Source: Dipteris shenzhenensis
Taxonomy: Eukaryota
Reading direction: 5' to 3' (one strand)
DNA length: 64,000 bases
NCBI GenBank assembly: GCA_047967505.1
Contig: CM106538.1
A program made the position numbers and the translations under genes. Below the pieces are notes generated by a model, which made no database searches, was not told the DNA's origin, and worked only from the letters and a program-made list of their open reading frames with translations. This document shows, piece after piece, positions 1 through 11,055 of this stretch (position 1 is the first letter of the stretch; every line of letters starts with the position of its first letter).

Positions 1-919
1 GCTAGATGCATTAAAGGCCAAGTTGCATGAGGCCTTTGATATGAAGGATTTGGGACTTGCAGGTCATATTCTTGGTATGCGCATCACGCGTGATCTGAGT
101 AGGAAACTCCTTTGGCTTTCACAAAAAGAGTATGTTACAAAAGTATTGCAGCGTTTCAATATGGAAGGGGGGAAGGCAGTGAGTACTCCATTGGCTCCAT
201 ATGTGAAACTGAGTCATACAGATAGTCCCAAATCAGATGAGGAAAGGGCCATGATGGCCAAGGTTCCTTATGCATCAGCAGTTGGGAGTCTTATGTATGC
301 TATGATAGCTACTAGACCAGACATTGCATTTGCTGTGGGAGTTGTTAGCCGCTATATGGCTAATCCAGGAAAGAGGAATTGGGAGGCAGTTAAGTGCATC
401 ATGAGGTACATGAAGGGTACCAAGGAGATGTGCATCTGCTTTGGTAAAGGAGACATGCGTGTACTTGGGTACACAGATTCAGACTATGCAGGGCATGTGG
501 ATAGTAGGAGATCCACTTCTGGTTATGTGTTCACCTTTGCAGGTGGGGCAGTGTCGTGGATGTCTCATGCACAGAAGTGCGTGGCTTTGTCTACCACAGA
601 GGCTGAGTATGTTGCAGCCACAGAGGGTTGCAAGGAGGCTATATGGCTTGATCGGCTAGTGGGAGATTTGGGGATTCATACAGGTGTACCGACATTGCAT
701 AGTGATTCCATGAGTGCTATTCAGCTAGCACGGAATTCGGTCTTTCATGCAAAGACCAAACACATTGAGGTCAGGTACCATTTCATCAGGGAGGTACTTG
801 AGGACAAGCGCATAGAGCTTGTCAAGGTTCATACAAATGATAACCCTGCAGATATGCTGACGAAGAGTCTACCTAGTCAGCGGGTTGAGTATTGTCGTGT
901 ATTGATGGGCATTGGATAG
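1..919 (+). CDS. pol: Ty1/copia pol 3' end (RT C-terminus + RNase H), family A, truncated by window edge
   Basis: ORF 23-919 has copia motifs FDMKDLG, TRPDIAFAV, GYTDSDYAG, RRSTSGYVF, STTEAEY, KTKHIEVRYHFIRE and NPADMLTK; nearly identical to 29025-29940 (minus). Confidence 0.95.
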   Translation, partial: LDALKAKLHEAFDMKDLGLAGHILGMRITRDLSRKLLWLSQKEYVTKVLQRFNMEGGKAVSTPLAPYVKLSHTDSPKSDEERAMMAKVPYASAVGSLMYAMIATRPDIAFAVGVVSRYMANPGKRNWEAVKCIMRYMKGTKEMCICFGKGDMRVLGYTDSDYAGHVDSRRSTSGYVFTFAGGAVSWMSHAQKCVALSTTEAEYVAATEGCKEAIWLDRLVGDLGIHTGVPTLHSDSMSAIQLARNSVFHAKTKHIEVRYHFIREVLEDKRIELVKVHTNDNPADMLTKSLPSQRVEYCRVLMGIG

Positions 920-972
920 TATGTTCACTGGTCGTTCTCCCTTAAAGGCACATTGTCCTTTAAGTGGGAGGT

Positions 973-1145
973 TGTGGGGGTTAAAGGTCACTGTGCCTTT
1001 ACCCCGGTTATGTACAATACTCAAACACATATATAAATGAATGAAAAAGAAGATTAGGGTGGTTCTGCACCCACCAAAACTTGTGTGGCTCTCTGTCTCT
1101 CTCTCTCTCCTTCTTCCGTTCTTGCTTCCATTGAGAGCACTCTCA
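973..1145 (+). repeat. 3' LTR of copia family A (about 173 bp), preceded by PPT
   Basis: TG...CA termini, PPT AAGTGGGAGGT immediately upstream; matches the LTRs at 28789-28970 and 34490-34671. Confidence 0.93.
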
Positions 1146-3600
1146 AATTGTGGGGTAACTTTTCCACTAGTAAGGTGTTCCCAAGTAAGGGTTCATTTGT
1201 TGCACATACTCCTTCTAGTCCCTCAGGGGACCATTTAAGAGGCGATGGTTCTAATTTTGAGGGAGCTGGCTTTGTGAGATATAATTCAACGATCCTTGTT
1301 TGGACTCGTTCAAATTCATTGATGTGTTCAGCCTTTCCTTTTCTGCGATTTCCTCTTTCGTCTTTCTTGTGGGATCTTCTTCTGTTATTCAACTTTGGAG
1401 GTTCAATTTTTGGGAGCTCGACTGCCATTAGGGCATGAAGAATGGCTAGGTCATTGTCAAACATCTGATCTTCAATTTCAACATTCTCAGCCTCAGTTTC
1501 AAGGTTTCAAGGGATATCAGAGTCATCATTGGTATGGGTCCTTGCTTCAGTTTCTATCAATACTTTGTGGGGCCAAGTCATGGATTGGGTCTTCAGCTTG
1601 TTTCTCAGCCTCAGATTGATCTTGTTCCTTTTGTACCCAATTTTGAAGTGCCTGAAAATGAGCCTTCTCCACTTCTGCATTTGGGTATGGAGTTTCTTTT
1701 ATTTGAGGCTCAGAAGCTGATGTGGATGAGCTTGGTTGCTCATTGCTTGGCGGAGGTGGAGGCACTTATGCTTTCTTTTTAAGAAGTCACTTTGGTTGGA
1801 TTGGAATGTTAGGGTCCTTGGTGGCCTCTTTCTACTGGCATGTAATTACATTCAAAGGTTGTGATACTATGCTTGTTGAACCTAGACTTTGATGGTCCAC
1901 CCCAATGATGCCGATTGGGACATCAGGCTTAACCTCTGTTTGCTGTGGGACCTTATTTTTCATGGGACAATCCATACAGGCATGTCCTATGCCACAATCT
2001 CTACAGAGTGGTTGGAAAGTAGTGAGGTTACCATGATGAGGGCACTTTACGATCCTGTGATTTTCTCCATAGCTGTAGCACTTGATTGGTGGTCGATATG
2101 TATTGGGTCAAACTTGATTTGCATAGACTGGTATTAGACACTCTTCATCTTCTACATAGTACACTGGGTACTCTACTTCATACTCAAATGGCAAGTCTAC
2201 TTCCTCGACTTATAGTTGTTGTATTGGAATTGCCTGAGGAGCTGGATTTGGCGCTCTTGGATATGGTCGTGGATTCGAATTCTTGAGTAATTGTGGGACT
2301 TGTGTTCGAACAAGAACAAGATTTAGCCTCGAAGCTGGGGGCACTTGTGCAAGTGCTAGTTGCTTGTACATTATCATGGGTGTCGGTTGGTATTGTTGAG
2401 GTCGAGGCGAGTTGTTGTGCATATTGAAGATGCAATTGTTTTCATCATGACCAGCGACGATGCAGATATGGCACCACAATCTTGGCGGTGGATTTGCTTG
2501 TGTAGTGATTGTGGCTCTTAGGACCGGGCACTCATTTGTTATATGGTTGGCCATGCATTGTGGGCACTAGACATTTTCTTGCCGTGGATAAGTCTAAGCT
2601 AGCGGTTGAGACAAGTGAATCTTTTGTTCCATGGCATGCAGCATGTCTTCTTTCAGCTTCATGGTCATGGCCTCTAAGTGACCTTCATTTGATGTTTCGG
2701 AAGTGGACTTGGATTTGCCTTTTTAGAGCACTTATCTCATGCACTAGATCTGCCATCATCACTGCTAGTGTTAGAGTTGGCCATGCCATCCTCGATGTCA
2801 ATGGCTACCGCATGAGTAGCACTGAACGTTTCATAGCCTACTGCTAATCTTTTTCATATCCTTGCGGATTTTCTTCCCTAGGCCTGCAATGAACCATGCC
2901 ATGAGGTACTTTGCATCGGGGCATGGGTCACATTTGGCAATTAATCTTTACATCTTGCCCAGATACATGCATACATCTTCTCGATGGCCTTGTTTGAGAT
3001 CTTACTGAGTTGGAGAGCGGGATCATCTTGTAGTCTCTCCATTTGAAAGCACCTTTTGAATTATGTTTGAAGCAGGTCCCATGTGGCAGAATTTGAAGCA
3101 GGTCTAATGTGGCTTGCTCTTCCACTAGGAGGTCTAGGTACCATTCCGATGCTTCATCGATTAAGGCCATGGGAAACCAAGCGACCTTGGTTTCATTGGA
3201 TTGATCTCCACCTGCTCGGCATGCGGCATCCAAACGCTAGAGGAATCGGGCTGGATCTCCCCTACCATTATATTTTGGAAGTTCCAATTTTCCCAAGGGG
3301 TGCTTGCCTTGATTGTTATTATTTATGCGATTAAAGAAATTGTTAGCCTCCGCATCGAGGTCAATATCCCCATCATCATTGCGCAACGGCATCCAGTTGT
3401 GATGTGGAGTCATCAAAGGGATTTCTTGAATTTCAGGGGGGGAATCGGGGTAGAGGATTATCGGAGGCGGTGGTTGCAGTGGACTTGTATGCAGATTTGG
3501 TGAGCGTTGGAGTCGAAGGCATTGGTTGGAGCATAGCTGCATGCAGATTGGGCAAGAGTTGCAAAAGGTGTCTCTCCCAAAAGTGCGGGTGTTGATGTAG
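1146..3600 (-). pseudogene. gag: Degenerate Ty3/gypsy-like gag region (retrotransposon gag + CCHC knuckle), interrupted at 1145 by copia A
   Basis: Fragments LELPKYNGRGDPARFL and KVAWFPMALIDEASEWYLDL (gag-like), and CHICIVAGHDENNC (zinc knuckle); many stops and frameshifts. Confidence 0.7.
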
Positions 3601-3703
3601 TTGTGTTTGGAGGGTTAGAGTGGTGTTAGTGTTATAGTGACCGTCATGTTAATAATGCACCTAAGATTGTCCCATGTGTGTAGGAAAATGTGCCAGTGTA
3701 GAC

Positions 3704-3950
3704 GGATCATCAATCGAAGGTCACGACGTAAAGATATGAGGGAATTAGTGCAAAACGAGCCCCATATGGGGGCGCAAATGAGCGAGTGCTAGGGATGCCA
3801 AAATGGTGTGCAATGGACCGGGCGTGGTGCAAATGGATCGTCAATCGAAGGTCATGGCATAAAGATATGAGCAAATTAGTGCAAAACGAGGCCCACATGA
3901 GGGTGCAAATGAGCGAGTGCTAGGGATGCCAAAATGGTGTGCAATGGGCT
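3704..3950. repeat. Tandem duplication of a 131-bp unit (about 2 copies)
   Basis: GGATCRTCAATCGAAGGTCA...GTGTGCAATGG starts at 3704 and at 3835. Confidence 0.85.
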
Positions 3951-4134
3951 GTAAAAATACCCTGTAGCATGGTGTTTCTGTGTCTGAAATCATGGTTCAA
4001 ATGGGGTCTAGTTTGGGTCCCAAATGGATGAGTTACAAGGGTTTAAAGAAGGTGGAAAATGGACCTTTTTCTTTTGGGGGGGGTCCCTTGGTCTTAAGGT
4101 TGGTGTGAATGGGCTTTAAGTCTAACTGAGGGGT

Positions 4135-4480
4135 AGTTACTGACCTAGCTCAGTTAACCTAAGTGGCCCAATTAGTCTAGCTAACCTAACTATCCAATTA
4201 GATGCCTAACAGTTAGTCCAACCTAACCTAACTATGGTTTAAACTGACTACAACTAACTAAACTAACCACAATTAGTTGAGCTAACCTAGTAGAGTCAAA
4301 ATAACCTAGCTACCCAGTTAGTCTTACTAACTAATAGTTAAACTAACCTAATGGCAACGTAACTAACCTAGAGTCAAACTAACTAACCTAGAGTCAAACT
4401 AACTAACCTAGCCTAGGTTGAAACTAACCTACATTAACGCTAACCTAACTAGAGTTAGTGGGTGGTTAGGTTAGATTAGG
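4135..4480. repeat. Degenerate AACTAACCTA-type minisatellite
   Basis: Repeated (A)ACTAACCTA and TAGTTA motifs in both orientations. Confidence 0.7.
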
Positions 4481-4573
4481 GTTTTTTAAATAATAATTAT
4501 TATTTTTTTAATAAAAAAGTTTTAAAAAAACTGGGGGGGGCATCGCGCGGCATGTGGCGGCGGTGTGTGAGTT

Positions 4574-5126
4574 GCCCGGGGGATTCACAAGGGGAAACTT
4601 ATGATATCACGTGAGTGTCCAATAGGGGGGTTTTTTGAGATGAGGCATAAGCTTATACATTAGGGGTGGGGGGCCCTTTTTAATTTTTCTCAATCTTAAA
4701 TTTAAGGTAGAGGGGCCTTGACATCTTTGGAGAGGAAGAGGGAGGGTATAGGGAAATACATGTTTTTACCCCCTAAACATAAAAAGTACACACACATGCA
4801 CATTCGACTGGTGACAATTGGTCATGTACCAATTGCACATGAACTAAGCCGGCGGAGCTATAGCTAGTTTTAGGCCATGGTACAGAAACAAATGAATAAT
4901 AACCATTGATGAATATTTGAAGATGGTCTAATCTATATCATCTAAATTTTCTTATGGTATAATCCAAATAACTAAGAAAGGGGGGGCATAGTGTGCTTTT
5001 GGTGGTATCCTTATAAGCTTAAATAGGAGTGTTTTATTATGCTACATGGACCATATATGGGGGGTTTTCTTGAAGTTCATGCACGCAGGTGACGTCCCCC
5101 TTGTACTAAGAGTGAATCCCCTGGGG
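4574..5126. mobile_element. MITE family 1, copy 1 (TIR about CCCCAGGGGATTCAC; 6-bp TSD)
   Basis: Ends GCCCGGGGGATTCAC and GTGAATCCCCTGGGG; flanks TGAGTT/TGAGGT; homologous to 51121-51568. Confidence 0.85.
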
Positions 5127-5519
5127 TGAGGTTGTGGGTGGGTTTTTTTTTGGGAACAGGGGGGAGGGGAGCCTGGAGTGGAGGGGAAGGAGGAGATGGT
5201 GGATGAGAGGAGGAGATGGAAGGGAGCAGCGAGGCAGTGGAGGAGTAGATGGAGGAGGCGGCAAGGCAGAGTTGGGCACTGTGGGACGAGGTTGGACAAT
5301 GGAAGTGGGAAGAGGCACCCCAGGTGCGGTTTTTATTGGCAAGGCAGAGCAAGCGCTTCCACATGGCGGGCGTCACCTACTGTAGAAGGGCTGGCGGAGG
5401 TGAGGCTGGCGGCCATTGGTCAATGCCTTGCCTAAGGCAAGGCAAGGGCTTAGAAGCCCTTGTTATTTAGTTTAGGGGCTTTAGGCCCATAGGGTAGGGA
5501 GTGGAGCAGCTTGCGAGGG

Positions 5520-5663
5520 GGTAGAGAGAGAGAGAATGAGAGAGATAGATAGAGAGAGAGAGAGAGAGAAGAGAGAGAAGATACGAGAGGGGTGTAGAAG
5601 AGAGGGGGGTAGAGAGAGAGAGAGAGAGGGGGGTAGAGAGAGAAAGAGAGAAAAGAGAGGGGG

Positions 5664-5711
<48 letters not shown>

Positions 5712-5857
5712 TAGAGAGAGAAGGAGAGAAAAGAGAGAGACAAGGGGGAGAGAGAGAGAGAGAGAGAGGGGGGTAGAGAGAGAAGGAGAGAAAAGAGAGA
5801 GAGAGGGGAAAAAGAGAGAGAAAGAGAGAGAAAGCGAGAGAGAGAGCGAGAGAGGGG

Positions 5858-5899
<42 letters not shown>

Positions 5900-6430
5900 C
5901 AGGGAGAGAGAGAGGGAGAGAAGAGGGAGGGGGGGAAAGAGGGGGGTTTGGAATGGACCGGGGGGGGGGGGGTGTGGAGGAGATGGAGGAGGGGTGGGGG
6001 GGGGTGGAGAGGTGGGGGGGGGGGGGGGGGAGAGGGGGATGGTGGAGATGGAGGAGGGGGTGGTGGTGGAGAGGGGGTGGGAAGGGGGGAGGTGGGGAGG
6101 GGTAGTGGTGGAGATGGAGGAGGGGGGGGGATGGGGGGGGGGTGGAGAGGGGGGGGGTGGAGATGGAGGAGAGGGGGGGGGGAAGGGGGGGTGGTTGAGA
6201 GGGGGGGGGGGGGAGATGGAGGAGAGGGGGGGAGGGAAGGGGGGGTGGTGGAGAGGGGCAGGGGTGGCGATGGAGGAGACGGGGGATGGAGGGGGTGTGT
6301 GGTGGAGGGGGGGGTGGAGATGGAGGAAGGGGGGAGCAAGGGGGTGGTGGTGGAGAGGGGGGGTGGGTGGGAGATGGGGGGGAGGATGGAGGAGGGAATG
6401 GTGGGGGGGGAGGGGGAGAAAAAGAAAAAA
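5520..6430. repeat. (GA)n microsatellite followed by a G-run purine tract
   Basis: About 900 bp of almost pure purines on the + strand: (GA)n to about 5940, then G4-G13 runs. Confidence 0.95.
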
Positions 6431-7284
6431 ACTTGACAAACGAAAAACTTTGACAGAAATCCAAAGGGAAGAAGAGATGGTCACCTGAATGCTCTCCAAG
6501 TCTTTCTCGATGTAACGGGATTGTTGAAGATGAATGGACGGTGGGTGGATGGCTAGGTTATCACTGCGAGATGGACTCGAAGTAACTCACCATGTGAGGA
6601 TGGGAGTAGGGTGGTGGTCAATGGAGAGCGAGGAGTGTCTTGTATAGGGCTCAGAATGGATGGAGGCAAGATGTGAAAGAAGAAGAATGAGGGGGTGGAG
6701 TGGGTTTTTATAGAAAATGGGTGTAGGTTTAGGGTTAAAACCTAAACTCTTCCTGAGTCACAACATTTCATGGTTAGCTCGGTTTGCTCTTCTACAAAAA
6801 GGTGAAATGATTGAAATTGCAAGCTCTATGCATTCGTATCCACTACCTAGCCTGATTTATTTATCAAGTGGCTTCTTGAGGGCTTCTTTTTAAGAAATAA
6901 AGAAAAAATTTCAAGGTAGTAGCCCAAGGTTGATGCTTGGGGTAGATATGTTTGGCTGAAGTTGGAAAAATTTTTACTCTCCTTGCCCTTGAGTGTTATG
7001 TTTGTGGAAATTCGTTAAACTCTTATTTCATTAATTTTGGACTCATATGTCTACATTTGGACTATTCCTAAAACTCCTTCCCAAATGAAAAGTTTACTTT
7101 ATGAAAATGTTGTTCGAGAATTAGAAGTTTACTTTTTGGCACTATCATTTCCACGTAATAAATTTTAGAATATCTCTCTATAATGTTGCACTTAATAACA
7201 ATTTAAATTTATAATTTAATAAAAAATAATAGTTTAATTACTCTTAAATTGATAAAAGCAATTTAAATGTATGAAAAAATTATA

Positions 7285-7372
7285 AGTATGCATGCATGCA
7301 TGCATGTATGTATGGATGCATGCATGTATGGATGGATGTATATATGTATGTATGTATGTATGACCCATGCAT
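7285..7372. repeat. (ATGC)n/(TATG)n microsatellite
   Basis: Direct inspection. Confidence 0.85.
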
Positions 7373-7669
7373 GACATTAATTTGCCATAAGAGTCCTCTT
7401 AAATCTTCAAGATATCATAACAGTATTAACAAACACCTTTTGAGAGTTTAAAAACTCTAAAATCTAGTAGATATGGAGTCACACACAACGCTACACATGC
7501 ATGCATGGAACGTGCATGTCCTTGGAGCATCAATCAAAGGCCATTGATACATATGGTGGGACTAGTGCACTGCACTGTCCACGTGGCATGGGCATGCCCA
7601 TAAGACTTTTATATTTATATTTATATTTATATAGTTAAGGTCCATGTATGAGATTAATTTACCATTTGA

Positions 7670-9043
7670 GTCTTCCAAAACGTATGGGATGGACACAATA
7701 CTTTGCACACATCTCAACATAGGTTGTATTGACATGTGTGAAAAATATCATGCCCATCGAGTATGAGGGCATTTGAATAACACACCTCAAATACTATTCT
7801 TTGGCAATTGTGCATAACACTTAGTGATAAATGGAGTTTGTGGCATATTTTATGATCCAAAGCATATATGATGGATACTATATTTTTCATGCATCTCTAA
7901 TTAGATGAGATTAACATGTGTGCAAAGCATCGTGCCCATCGAGTATGAGAGCATTCGAATAATACACCTCAGATACTATTTTTTGGCGCTTATGCATAAT
8001 ACTTGGTGAAAAATGGAGTTTGTGACATGTTTGATCATTGAAAGCATATCCAATGGGAATGATATTTTGCACGCGTCTCAACATATATTATATTGATGTG
8101 TATGCAAAGTATAGCACCCATTGGATATGAGGGCATTCGAATGACACACCTCAAAATACTATTTTTTCACTATTGTGCATAGTACTTGGTTTAAAAATGG
8201 CATATGTGGCAACTTTGACCATCTCGAGCATATCTGATGCACACAATACTTTGCATATAAATCAACATAGGTTGTATTGATTAACTTGCAAAGTATCGTG
8301 CCCATCGGGTATTTGCGCAATTGAATAACACACCTCAAAGCGTGTGTTTTTTACGGTTGTGCATAAGACTTGGTGAAAAATGAGGTTTGTGGCGAGTTTG
8401 ACCATCTAAATCATATATGATGGACATGATACATTGCACAATCCTCAACATCTATTAGTCTATTGACTTTTATCAATAGTATCGTATCAGTGGATATGTG
8501 TGTGTTTGAATAACACACCTCAAATACTATTTTTTGATGGTTGTGCATAATACTTGATGGAAAAAGGGATTTGTGGTGACTTTGACCATCAAGAGCATAT
8601 ATGATGGGCATGATATTCTGCACACAACTCAAAATAAGTTGTATTGATGAACTTGCAAAGTATCGTGGCCATTGTATATGTGCCCATTCAAATAACACAC
8701 CTAAAAGAGTGTTTTTTGGTGGTTGTGCATGACACTTAGTGAAAAATGGAGTTTGTGGTGCGTTTGACCATCCAAAGCATATTCAATGGGCACAATACTT
8801 TGCAAAGGCCTAAAAATAGGTTGGATTGACATGAATGCAAAGTATTATGTCCATCCAGTATGTTCGCATTCAAATAACACACCTTAAACTCTATTTTTTT
8901 ACGATTGTGGATAACAATTGATGAAAAAAGCGATTTATGACGACTTTGACCATCCAAAGCAAATCCAATGGGCATAATACTTTGCACACAATAGATTGTA
9001 TTGATGCATGTGAAAAGTATTGTACCCAAAGGGTATGAGAGCA
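7670..9043. repeat. Tandem array of about 182-bp monomers (about 7.5 copies), each with an internal inverted repeat
   Basis: AATAACACACCTC-like motif recurs at about 7777, 7959, 8140, 8325, 8509, 8691 and 8872. Confidence 0.9.
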
Positions 9044-9045
9044 GT

Positions 9046-10665
9046 TACTGGTAGGCTACCTTTTTCTACATGTACATTGTGAATTGCCTTCAGAACAGAT
9101 GTTACAACTTGATTGCTATCATGTAGATGTAAGGAATCAATCCATATGTCTGCAAAAAATGTAAATCCATGCACTAACACTCCACATATGATGTGTCTTA
9201 AAAAGTATTTTCCTTATAGCTTAGGTGGAGTGTTAACGAATCAAGGTAATGCTATATTTTGATCCATACGATCTACAATAATGCACATGTACTCATTTGG
9301 ATGAGAAACAGCTTGCTCCTTCCAAAATGTATATTTTATTCTAGAATGTCGAACAAGTCCATGATAAAATTCTCTCTTTTTTTTGTATGCTTCTTTTTGT
9401 TCTGGAGATGTTGCACTCTCAAGTGCTCCCTTTAAATCATCATAGTCATTGCACTTTGACATTTTTTTCCTCTTTGGGATTTTAACATGTCCAAACCTTT
9501 TTTTCCAAAGAGTATACAAAGTATGAAAAGATGCCAAAGCATGCCCTCTTTGCCTTTGTATTTCTCCAATAAAGTTGAATACTTTTTCTTTTGTCAAACC
9601 TATCGGAAGATGCATTTCAGATAGATGGGGTTGTAGTAAAGCATTTTTATAAATGTAGTCTTTCAAAATTGTTGTTTGCTGCAACCGTTGAGGCTCTTGT
9701 TTTGGGCCTTCCTATGTTTCCATGAATGTTAAATTTTACTCCATACTTTGCTTTATTAGCCAAATTCCAATATGTGCCATGTGATAATCATGTAATAATG
9801 CGATATGCATTATTGCAAATACTTTTCCCATTTATAAGAGGCCTTATATGTTGTCTTGAACTTCACCTTCTCCTATCATTTACAAGAAAGCAAGAGAGTC
9901 TCGTGAGTAAGTATTCATTTCTTCTGCTCCCTCTCCTTTGCCAAACATGTTCTCTACAGCCCTTGATGTCATGTAAGTTAATGAATCGCATACATCTATG
10001 CTTACATCATGTAGATTGCATTGCTTTTAGCATGACATCTTCATTCATTATTCTTATTCTCTTTGGTTGCTTTTCTAGATCTGCGTGGACTTGCTTTCAT
10101 TTCATGCATCTGTATGTTCGTTTTGGGGCCTTCTGTACATCCTTATTTGGATTTGTGCAGTTCTCCTTGTAAGATTTATTTGTCACTTTGTTTTCATGGG
10201 ATGTTGCATCCTTGATCTTATCACTATGATAGTCAAAGTCAAATACCGAATAGTCCTTTGTTGATCTCATCCCTACTTTTGATACATTTGTAGAGCCATT
10301 TGTAACATTAACAATTTCACAGTCAAAGTCAAATACCTTTTTCTATTTTGGTTTCTCAGATGTGTACTGGTGGAACCAGTTGTAATTGGAGCTTTATGTG
10401 ATTATAAGTCTCTTGAGACATAATATAAAACTACTTTTTTTCGACAAAAAAAAAAACCTCCTTTGTTGATCTCACCCCTACTTTTGATACAATCGTAGAA
10501 CCATTTATCACAGTGGCGATAGAGTGTCCAGAATGATCTTTAAACTCATCTATTCCTGAGAGAACATCACTCATTGATGCTCTTTCTATGGATTTCATAA
10601 CTCCATAGTCTTGAAACTCCTCTACTCGAACATCACTCATTATATCCTAGTGCATGACTTCGATA
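9046..10665 (-). pseudogene. Sola-like / DUF7869-type DDE transposase pseudogene, 3' part (truncated); 5' part continues beyond the CACTA insertion
   Basis: Minus-strand fragments: CKHRCMRFI...GKSICNNAY...HGNIGRPK; HLPIGLTKEKVF...LWKKRFGHVKIPKRKKMSKC...CIIVDRMDQNIALP; GVLVHG...HDSNQVVTSVLKAI...GSLP. These recall the D(G)MDQ..LP and VHG motifs of DUF7869/Sola1-like proteins. Assignment by motif memory. Confidence 0.65.
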
Positions 10666-10760
10666 CACTACTACACATGCATCCTATTGCGACGTTTACG
10701 TACCGACAATTAGCATCCGCTTAGCGTTAATCGTCGGTATAAAAATCGGGTGTCGTAAAT

Positions 10761-10880
10761 CGTCGCTATATAGCGACTTTTACTAAGCGTCGCTATATAG
10801 CGACGTTAGTAAAAGTCGCTATATAGCGACTTTTAAAGGTCGCTATATAGCGACACTGAGACACTATATTATAGCGACGT
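10761..10880. repeat. Left subterminal cluster of the palindrome CGTCGCTATATAGCGACG (4 near-full copies + partial)
   Basis: Direct inspection. Confidence 0.92.
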
Positions 10881-11055
10881 TTTACAGAGAGGTTTTTTTT
10901 TTTTTTTAGCCTTAAAATTTATTTTCTTCCAATGACAAAATTTTTTAAATTTTCATACATGTTTGAGCTCATAGAGAATTAAAAAATGAGAGCATGTACA
11001 TCAAGCCTTTGAAGCTCATATATTCATGTCCAAGTTTGAGATGAGAAAAATCAAA

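Noticed and set aside
5450-6499. Long Pro-rich, Gly-rich and ER-repeat ORFs (extensin-like)
   Set aside because: Artefacts of (GA)n and G-run sequence that is open in all six frames.
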